From: Nitrincola lacisaponensis
GTDB lineage: Bacteria; Pseudomonadota; Gammaproteobacteria; Pseudomonadales; Balneatricaceae
DNA length: 24,000 bases
Assembly: GCF_000691225.1 (NCBI RefSeq)
Contig: NZ_JMSZ01000021.1
Span: 109,764-133,763, forward strand
Reading direction: 5' to 3'
Position 1 is the stretch's first letter. The number at the start of each line of letters is the position of its first letter. The notes under the pieces were generated by a model. The model was not told the origin of the DNA and searched no databases. It saw only the letters and a list, made by a program, of their open reading frames with translations. The position numbers were made by a program, and so were the translations under genes. Positions 17,701-24,000 of the stretch are shown here, one piece after another.

Positions 17701-18454
17701 CTTCCTGCACAGTCTGCTGGAATGGGCGGCTGCATTGAGCTGGGTTGATGATCAGGGCGTTCGCCAACAGGGATTTGCCGGTGTACTGCAACCTGAACTT
17801 CAGGACAGCTGTCGCGAGTATCTGTTGCAACGCTGTCAGCAGCATCAACTGGAGGACTGGTTTGAGCCCTTGTTGCACTGGTTGCAGCAGTTTGTGCAGC
17901 AGGTCTGGCAGTTCCCGAGGCAATTGAATGATGATGCGGAGCCGGTGAGTCTGGCTGCTCTGTCATCACAGCAGTACAGCGTTGAACTGGAGTTCTGGTT
18001 CGCCAGTCATCAACTCGATACCCTGAAACTGGATGCCTGGGTTCAGTCGCGTACACTGGGTGGTCAGGCACGTCCGCCACTGGCAGCCAATCGAGTTAAC
18101 GGCATGCTGAAAGGGTTTATCGATCTGGTGGTTGAACACCAGGGTAGATATTATGTTTTAGATTGGAAATCCAATTGGTTAGGTGTAAATGATCAAGCCT
18201 ATTCTGAAGATATAATGCGTCAGACTCTGCTGGATAAACGCTATGATCTGCAATACCTGCTGTATCTGCTGGCGCTGCACCGGCAGTTGAGTGTGCGCTT
18301 GCCTGGCTATGATTATGACCAGCATATGGGCGGGGCGGCCTATGTTTTCCTGCGCGGCAGTCAGTCAGAAACCCAGGGGGTGTTTTTTGACAAACCGGCG
18401 CGCCAGGTGATTGAGGGACTGGATAAACTGTTTGCTGGAGACGTGATCGAATGA
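14786..18454 (+). CDS. recB: Exodeoxyribonuclease V beta subunit RecB (UvrD-like helicase plus nuclease)
   Basis: 1222 aa; IEASAGTGKTFTLALLYLRL (Walker A), ALVDEFQDTDPVQYRIF, GDPKQAIYAFRGADIYTYL, VVTIHKSKGLEYPLVFLP, C-terminal nuclease motif KGFIDLVVEHQGRYYVLDWKSN. Confidence 0.96.
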   Translation: MTDQINRLDPLTFPLQGQALIEASAGTGKTFTLALLYLRLVIQHGGEQAFTRPLLPPEILVVTFTNAATAELRDRIRARLVEAAQVFEGAESEDALLQALKQQLPPEQHPRAARQLTLAAQWMDESAISTIHAWCYRMLREHAFDSGSAFDPQLETHEQTWQQQAAEDYWRSEYSQLPLDELSRVVSCWASPDALLKKVKPCLDKLVYLPQPGGSALQLIHQYLHQRAQQLADLKARWQREDYIGQLQQLFDQAARQKAFQAKKLNSNHRAGVLNKLSDWLAQVSQEDPGIFSGKSWRVMSSEGVQEIWLEADQAPVDHPACRALAQLQADLAALPDLEPDLLCHAAHWIAARIEKVKLQSNSLSQNDLLLRLDQALASAQGDALARAIRKQFPVALVDEFQDTDPVQYRIFRRIYHQQGDSEAVGFFMIGDPKQAIYAFRGADIYTYLQARRDSEGRHYTLDTNYRSTAALITSVNEVFSLAEQRSRGAFLFKSDQQNPVPFVPVRAGRAELPGLLLNGQAAPALQAWWVEPVDGKLNKGDARARLAQATAARITELLTQGQQGKALLPLGDAGSWRGVQPADCAVLVSNLTEANLIRQSLQQLGVASVYLSDRSSVFQTRVASELLQLLRAVASPLNEKLIRAALASPLLRLDVRLLERLNRDELYWESQSGQFVTYHQLWQRQGILPLIYRLIQDFKLAAGATQRAQGERELTDLLHLGELLHQAADMLDGEQALIRFLEESILEPDEQSEAQQLRLETDDQLVRVVTIHKSKGLEYPLVFLPFIGDSRPATARDTLLITHTSDQQVEVHLRSNAENLAQADDERLAEDLRKLYVGLTRARFVNWIGVAETDGFASSALAYVLNAPAECPVEALQALQTLSRQALPEQLPEPWQPEQTAVQFAVRQAPRLTHEHWWIASYSALKQGRTQVSETAWQETLLDSQESDDLQTAMLPSRDLHGLPKGSHIGTFLHSLLEWAAALSWVDDQGVRQQGFAGVLQPELQDSCREYLLQRCQQHQLEDWFEPLLHWLQQFVQQVWQFPRQLNDDAEPVSLAALSSQQYSVELEFWFASHQLDTLKLDAWVQSRTLGGQARPPLAANRVNGMLKGFIDLVVEHQGRYYVLDWKSNWLGVNDQAYSEDIMRQTLLDKRYDLQYLLYLLALHRQLSVRLPGYDYDQHMGGAAYVFLRGSQSETQGVFFDKPARQVIEGLDKLFAGDVIE

Positions 18455-20475
18455 ACAGGGAACAGGGTATGGCATTCGACTGGCTGGACCGGCTGTATGA
18501 ACAGGGAAAACTGCGTGCCCTGGATTTGGCGCTATGCCGTTATATTGCTGACACCGCACCTGAATCTGATCCTTATGTACTTTTGGCGATCGGGCTGACC
18601 AGTGAGCGCAATGGTCATGGTGATGTCTGTCTGGATTTGATGGCGGCGCTGGAGTCACTGAAGCTCATTGCGAGTCCTGACGCACTGGGCCTGTCGCAGC
18701 TGTTACAGGCAACAACTCAGTTGAGCCCGGCTGAGTGGTGGGCGAAGCTGCGTGGGTCTGTGGCGATTCAGCCTGAAGAGGGACCGGATGCATCTCATTC
18801 TGAGCAGGCGAGTACACCACTGGTGTTGGCGGGCACTGCAGAATCGCCACTACTCTATCTGCGCCGTTACTGGAATTATGAGCAGCAGGTGTGTCAGGCA
18901 CTGCAGCAGCGCATTGAACAGCGGTATGATTTCCCGGATGCGGCCATGGCGCCCTTACTGGACAGACTGTTTCCATCTGTTACGCCGCGCGAGCAACCGG
19001 ACTGGCAGAAAATTGCCTGTGCACTATCTGCACGCAGTGGCTTTGCGGTGATCACTGGCGGGCCGGGTACAGGTAAAACGACGACTGTGGTGCGTTTGCT
19101 GGCGTTGCTGCAAGCCTTGGCCATGCAACAGCAGCAGCCGGCTTTGCGCATTGCTCTGGCAGCTCCCACAGGCAAGGCCGCTGCACGGCTGAATGCCTCT
19201 ATTGCTGCACAGGTTGCAAGTTTGCCTCTGGCGGATCTCAGTGATCAGCCGGAACACCTGGCTGCGGCCATACCGACAGAGGTCACCACTCTGCATCGGT
19301 TATTGGGACCGCAGCCGGACAGTCGTCGTTTTCGACATCACCGGGGACAGCCGTTGCCGGTTGATCTGGTGGTGGTCGATGAAGCATCCATGGTTGATCT
19401 GGAAATGCTGGCTGCCCTGGTGGATGCACTCAGACCCCAGGCCCGGCTGATTTTGCTGGGAGACAAGGATCAGTTAGCTTCGGTTGAGGCCGGTGCCGTA
19501 TTGGGAGATTTGTGCCAGCGGGCGTCACAGGGCTGTTATCAACCGGAAACAGTTGAATGGCTGCAGCGGGTAACCGGCTATGCTTTAGCGGTTGGTTATC
19601 AGAGTGAAACCGGACGACCGCTGGATCAGGTGATCACCATGCTGCGTCATAGTCACCGTTTCAGTGATCAGGGGGGGATCGGCGCGTTAGCGCGTCTGGT
19701 GAATGAAGGCTGTTTGTATGATCAGCCTGTCCCGGATCGGATGCAGGCTTTGCAGCAGCTGTTTAACGAGCAACAGGGGCCGATTCAGCGTTTGCTTGTC
19801 AGTCATGCGGCAGATGCTGCGTTGGCGCAACTGGTGGTGCAGGGATACCGTCACTATCTGGAGCTGATGCAAACCCGACGGCCTGCTGAAACAGCAGACA
19901 ATGCAGCCTATGATGACTGGGCGGCACAGATATTACAGGCGCATACCGGTTTTCAGTTGCTCTGCGCCGTGCGTGAAGGTCCCTGGGGCGTTGAACAGCT
20001 CAATCCCTGGATTGCCCGAGCGCTGACCCGGGCAGGTTGGCTACAGGACAGTGACTCTCTCTGGTATGAGGGGCGGCCGGTATTGATGACCCGGAATGAC
20101 TACAGTCTCAGGTTGATGAATGGTGATATCGGTATTGCCTTGATGCGGCCAGTGGAGCAGCCAGATGGTTCCAGATGTTTAGCCCTGAGAGTGGTTTTCC
20201 CGGGGGCGGATGGCGGCGTGCGCTGGATTATGCCCAGTCGTCTGCAGGCGCTGGAAAGTGTCTTTGCCATGACCGTGCATAAATCTCAGGGCTCAGAGTT
20301 CACGCATACAGCACTGGTATTGCCGGATCAGCCCAACCCGGTGTTGACTCAGGAGCTGATATATACCGGCATTACCCGTTCTCGAGAGCGTTTTACCCTG
20401 ATCTACAGTCGTGAGAGCGCGCTGCGTCACGCGTTGGAAAAACGTGTGACGCGCCGCAGCGGCCTGCACCTTTGA
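18451..20475 (+). CDS. recD: Exodeoxyribonuclease V alpha subunit RecD
   Basis: 674 aa; VITGGPGTGKTTTVVRLLALL, LVVVDEASMVDLEMLAAL, ILLGDKDQLASVEAGAVLGDL, FAMTVHKSQGSEFTHTALVLP, ELIYTGITRSRERFTLI. Confidence 0.95.
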   Translation: MNREQGMAFDWLDRLYEQGKLRALDLALCRYIADTAPESDPYVLLAIGLTSERNGHGDVCLDLMAALESLKLIASPDALGLSQLLQATTQLSPAEWWAKLRGSVAIQPEEGPDASHSEQASTPLVLAGTAESPLLYLRRYWNYEQQVCQALQQRIEQRYDFPDAAMAPLLDRLFPSVTPREQPDWQKIACALSARSGFAVITGGPGTGKTTTVVRLLALLQALAMQQQQPALRIALAAPTGKAAARLNASIAAQVASLPLADLSDQPEHLAAAIPTEVTTLHRLLGPQPDSRRFRHHRGQPLPVDLVVVDEASMVDLEMLAALVDALRPQARLILLGDKDQLASVEAGAVLGDLCQRASQGCYQPETVEWLQRVTGYALAVGYQSETGRPLDQVITMLRHSHRFSDQGGIGALARLVNEGCLYDQPVPDRMQALQQLFNEQQGPIQRLLVSHAADAALAQLVVQGYRHYLELMQTRRPAETADNAAYDDWAAQILQAHTGFQLLCAVREGPWGVEQLNPWIARALTRAGWLQDSDSLWYEGRPVLMTRNDYSLRLMNGDIGIALMRPVEQPDGSRCLALRVVFPGADGGVRWIMPSRLQALESVFAMTVHKSQGSEFTHTALVLPDQPNPVLTQELIYTGITRSRERFTLIYSRESALRHALEKRVTRRSGLHL

Positions 20476-20499
20476 GTGTCAGGCTAGTTTCGCAGGCCG
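20460..20499. terminator. Inverted repeat spanning the convergent ends of recD and mfd
   Basis: CGGCCTGC (20460-20467) and GCAGGCCG (20492-20499), perfect 8-bp arms, 24-nt loop containing the recD stop codon; weak as a terminator because there is no T-tract. Confidence 0.3.
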
Positions 20500-23400
20500 T
20501 TCAGTAACGCCTCAACCTGCTGGAAGCGTTCTTCTGCATTGGGCATGGCGCGAGTAAAGCGCAAACCTGTGGGCCCATCCAGCTTGAAGATCTGCGGTTG
20601 GCGCTGAATCAACTGGATAAGGCGCATGGGTTCAATCTTGGGTTCACTGTCGAACTCAATCTTGCCGCCTTTGTCGTTGGCATCAAGTTTAAGAATGCCC
20701 AGTGTTTCGGCCAGCAGCTTCAGTTCAGTCAGACGCAGCAGATGTTTGGTCTGTTCGGGCAGCAGACCAAAACGATCGATCATTTCGACCTGGATTTCCT
20801 GTAGCTGCTCGGCGTCGCGTGCGTTGGCGATACGCTTGTAGAGCATCAGGCGGTTATGCACATCGGGCAGGTAGTCTTCCGGAATCAGTGCTGACAGATG
20901 CAGGTTGATTTCGCAGCCATGTTGCAAGGGTTTGTCCAGATCCGGGGTTTTACCTTCACGGATAGCATCCACTGCCTGCTCCAGCATTTCCATATACAGG
21001 CCAAAACCGATGGTCTGCATCTGGCCGCTCTGGTCTTCGCCCAGTAATTCGCCTGCACCACGAATCTCCAGGTCATGCGTGGCCAGCGTGAAACCTGCGC
21101 CCAGCGTTGAGGCTTCTGAGATGGCTTCCAGGCGTCGTTGGGCGTCTTCGGTCATGTTGCGTGCATCGGGTGTTAACAGATAGGCATAGGCCTGGTGATG
21201 AGAACGGCCGACACGCCCGCGTAGCTGGTGTAACTGGGCCAGGCCGAACTTGTCCGCGCGTTCTATGATAATGGTGTTGGCATTGGGGATGTCGATACCG
21301 GTTTCGATGATGGTGGTGCACACCAGTACATTGAAGCGCTTGTGATAAAAATCACTCATCACCTGTTCCAGTTCACGCTCCCGCATCTGACCATGGCCAA
21401 TAGCAACCCTGGCTTCAGGTACCAGCGCATCGACGTCTGCAGCCACTTTATCAATGGTCTTGACCTCGTTGTGCAGGTAGTAGACCTGGCCACCACGCAG
21501 CAGCTCACGCAAAATGGCTTCTTTCAGCAGTGCCGGTTCGGATTGGCGCACAAAGGTTTTGACTGACAGACGTCGGGCGGGTGGTGTTGCAATAATCGAC
21601 AGGTCGCGCATGCCGGACATCGCCATGTTCAAGGTACGCGGGATGGGTGTTGCAGTCATGGTCAGAATGTCGATTTCAGCCCGCAGTGCTTTGATTTTCT
21701 CTTTTTGCTGCACCCCAAAGCGATGTTCTTCATCAATAATCAGCAATCCAAGATTCTTAAAGGTCAGACTACCCTGTAACAGCTTGTGGGTGCCGATCAG
21801 GATATCGACCTGTCCTTCACTGAGCTGCTGAGCAATAGTCTGTTGTTGCTTGGCGCTGCGAAAACGGGAAATCAGCTCTACATTGACAGGCCAGTCAGCA
21901 AAACGATCGCGGAAGTTTTCATAGTGCTGCTGAGCCAGTAGCGTGGTTGGAACCAGTACGGCAACCTGTTTGCCTGCCTGGGCGGCAATGAAGGCCGCGC
22001 GCATGGCGACTTCGGTCTTGCCGAAGCCAACATCGCCGCACACCAGCCGGTCCATGGGTTTGGCTGCTCGCATATCACGTATAACGGCATCAATGGCGCT
22101 GGCCTGATCCGGGGTTTCTTCAAAAGGAAAGGCCGCAGCAAAGCGGGTGTAGTCATCTTCCGGGAAATCGAAAGAGAAGCCCTGTCGCGCGTTACGCCGG
22201 GCATAGATGTCCAGCAGTTCAGCGGCCGTATCACGGACTTTTTCAGCCGCCTTGCGGCGTGCCTTGCTCCATTGTTCCGTACCCAGGCGGTGCAGTGGAG
22301 CCAGATCATCCGTAGCACCGGTATAACGGCTGATCAGGTGCAAGGAAGACACCGGCACATACAGCTTGGCGTCGTTGGCGTATTCCAGTGTCAGAAACTC
22401 ATTGGTCTGTCCATCCACCTGGATGCTTTGCAGTCCACGATAGCGCCCCACACCATGGTCAAGATGTACCACAGGTGCATCCTGAGTGAGTTCGGACAGG
22501 TGGCGGATTACCTGATCAGATTGCTCCTTGTCACGCTGACGACGGCGGCGTTGAAAAATCTGGCGACCAAACAGTTGGGTTTCGGTAATCAGATGGAAAC
22601 GATGCTCGATGGAGATTCCCTGGTCGAGAGGGAAGTCGGTAATCGCCAGAGGCAAGGGATTGCTGTGATAGGCCTGCCAGTTTTCCACCCAGGTTGCTTT
22701 CAGTCCGGTTTTCTTCAGCAGTTCCAGCAGCGCCTCGCGACGTCCGGCCGATTCGGCACAGAGCAGCAGGCTGGCATCCGGTTGTGCCTGAATGAGCTGT
22801 TTGAGGCGAGCGAGAGGCTGATCACTGCCAGGCTCGGCGGTCAGATCAGGTGGCGGAGTGCAGGGCAGGTTGTCGCGTCCTGGACGCAGTGTTTCGGCAT
22901 CACTGCTGAGCCGCAGTCTGCCATAGTGTTTCAGCTGACTCAGCAGTGTTTCCGGCGGCAGGTATAGTGCTTCCGGTGACAGCAGTGGTCGCTGGGTATC
23001 AAAATTGCGTTCATTGAAGCGATTGCGTACTTCTGTATCAAAATGGCGTGCAGCCAGATCAATGCCGGCTTGTTCAACGATAAGTGTCTGTTTAGGCAGA
23101 TAGTCGAACAGGGTTGAGAGGGCATCAAAAAACAGTGGCAGATAATACTCAATCCCTGAAGGTACCAGCCCGTCAGAAACATCCCGATACACCGGGCAGC
23201 GGTTGAAGTCCACTTCAAAACGTTCACGCCAGTGTTGCTTGAACAGACGGATAGATGGCTCGTTGAACGGAAACTCGCGGGCTGGCAGCAAGCGGATCTG
23301 TTTCAGGGTATCAATCGAACGCTGGCTTTCCGGATCGAAGGTGCGCAGGGTTTCAATTTCATCATCAAACAGGTCTATACGGAAAGGCAGAGAACTGCCC

Positions 23401-23930
23401 ATTGGAAAAATATCAATAATGGAACCACGTACAGCAAACTCACCGTGTTCATAAACAGTGTTCACAGCCTGATAACCGGCATGGACCAGTTGCTGGCGTA
23501 ATTGATCCGGATTAAAGGCCTGGCCCGCATCCAGACTCAGGCTGTGCCCGGTAATAAAGGTTTTGGGTGCGATGCGTTGCATCAGCGTGGAGACAGATAC
23601 TATCAGTATGCCGCGCTTCATCGACGGTAGTCGATAGAGCGTCTCGATACGTTGCGAGATAATATCCTGGTGCGGGGAGAAGCTGTCATACGGCAGCGTC
23701 TCCCAGTCCGGGAACAACAGTATTTCTTCCGGGTCCTGGCAGAAGAAGCGGGTTTCCTCGCGAATACGCAGTGCCGTTTCATTGTCCTTGCAGACCATCA
23801 GTACCAGGCCTTGATGCTGCTGCTCCAGCAGCTGTTGCAGTAACAGACCGGTACTGCAGCCAGTCACCTGACCAAGGCGTTTGATATCCCCAGCTGAGTG
23901 GGGAAGGGCATAGGAAAAAGCAGTCAGCAC
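20484..23930 (-). CDS. mfd: Transcription-repair coupling factor Mfd
   Basis: ORF to 23981. UvrB-like N-terminal homology region (DWETLPYDSFSPHQDIISQR...), RNAP-interacting region, DDLAPLHRLGTEQW, helicase motifs LVCGDVGFGKTEVAMRAAFIA, IIDEEHRFGVQQKEKIK, TMTATPIPRTLNMAM, QLRGRVGR. The most plausible start is GTG 23930 with GGAG just upstream. Confidence 0.95.
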   Translation of the reverse strand: MLTAFSYALPHSAGDIKRLGQVTGCSTGLLLQQLLEQQHQGLVLMVCKDNETALRIREETRFFCQDPEEILLFPDWETLPYDSFSPHQDIISQRIETLYRLPSMKRGILIVSVSTLMQRIAPKTFITGHSLSLDAGQAFNPDQLRQQLVHAGYQAVNTVYEHGEFAVRGSIIDIFPMGSSLPFRIDLFDDEIETLRTFDPESQRSIDTLKQIRLLPAREFPFNEPSIRLFKQHWRERFEVDFNRCPVYRDVSDGLVPSGIEYYLPLFFDALSTLFDYLPKQTLIVEQAGIDLAARHFDTEVRNRFNERNFDTQRPLLSPEALYLPPETLLSQLKHYGRLRLSSDAETLRPGRDNLPCTPPPDLTAEPGSDQPLARLKQLIQAQPDASLLLCAESAGRREALLELLKKTGLKATWVENWQAYHSNPLPLAITDFPLDQGISIEHRFHLITETQLFGRQIFQRRRRQRDKEQSDQVIRHLSELTQDAPVVHLDHGVGRYRGLQSIQVDGQTNEFLTLEYANDAKLYVPVSSLHLISRYTGATDDLAPLHRLGTEQWSKARRKAAEKVRDTAAELLDIYARRNARQGFSFDFPEDDYTRFAAAFPFEETPDQASAIDAVIRDMRAAKPMDRLVCGDVGFGKTEVAMRAAFIAAQAGKQVAVLVPTTLLAQQHYENFRDRFADWPVNVELISRFRSAKQQQTIAQQLSEGQVDILIGTHKLLQGSLTFKNLGLLIIDEEHRFGVQQKEKIKALRAEIDILTMTATPIPRTLNMAMSGMRDLSIIATPPARRLSVKTFVRQSEPALLKEAILRELLRGGQVYYLHNEVKTIDKVAADVDALVPEARVAIGHGQMRERELEQVMSDFYHKRFNVLVCTTIIETGIDIPNANTIIIERADKFGLAQLHQLRGRVGRSHHQAYAYLLTPDARNMTEDAQRRLEAISEASTLGAGFTLATHDLEIRGAGELLGEDQSGQMQTIGFGLYMEMLEQAVDAIREGKTPDLDKPLQHGCEINLHLSALIPEDYLPDVHNRLMLYKRIANARDAEQLQEIQVEMIDRFGLLPEQTKHLLRLTELKLLAETLGILKLDANDKGGKIEFDSEPKIEPMRLIQLIQRQPQIFKLDGPTGLRFTRAMPNAEERFQQVEALLNGLRN

Positions 23931-24000
23931 GTTTCGCTCCAGGATTGAACACCAGACAAGATAGGGCGTTAGTGTAACCAATGCTGTAAAAAAACACAGT

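Noticed and set aside
17360-18080. Minus-strand ORFs of 187 and 133 aa inside recB
   Set aside because: Antisense shadows of RecB C-terminal/nuclease coding region; no supporting motifs or start signals.
21878-22967. 146 aa minus (out-of-frame) and 231 aa plus ORFs inside mfd
   Set aside because: Overlap strongly conserved Mfd sequence; the products do not resemble any family.
23815-23850. CTG/CAG-rich quasi-repeat near the mfd 5' end
   Set aside because: Explained by the Gln/Leu-rich peptide LLLQQLLEQQHQG in the Mfd N-terminus; no true repeat unit.

Overview
This 24 kb window comes from a gammaproteobacterium-like chromosome and is mostly densely packed housekeeping and metabolic genes. 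Left to right: the 5' end of a DUF3524/queuosine-mannosyltransferase-like gene (-), missed by the ORF track; a CheY-like receiver protein with a C-terminal region resembling a degenerate PilZ domain (+); a DUF4399 protein (-); an MDR/quinone-reductase-like dehydrogenase overlapping a proline-racemase-family gene (+); a HigB/HigA-like toxin-antitoxin pair (-); a glutamine-synthetase-family gamma-glutamylpolyamine synthetase (PuuA-like), a DAO-family FAD oxidoreductase (PuuB-like), acylphosphatase and a bacterial alternative oxidase (all +); an SBP-PAS-GGDEF-EAL sensor (-); recC-recB-recD with 4-nt overlaps (+); and mfd (-), convergent with recD. I found no CRISPR array, prophage, tRNA/rRNA or clear multi-gene defence island, and no strong case for a wholly new system. 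The items most worth a second look are the bacterial alternative oxidase next to polyamine catabolism genes, the racemase-family enzyme with Ser/Thr at both usual catalytic-Cys positions, the HigB-like toxin with an unusual N-terminal half, the REC-PilZ-like regulator, and several intergenic palindromes and hairpins. All family assignments are from recognised motifs in the translated sequence; no database search was run.
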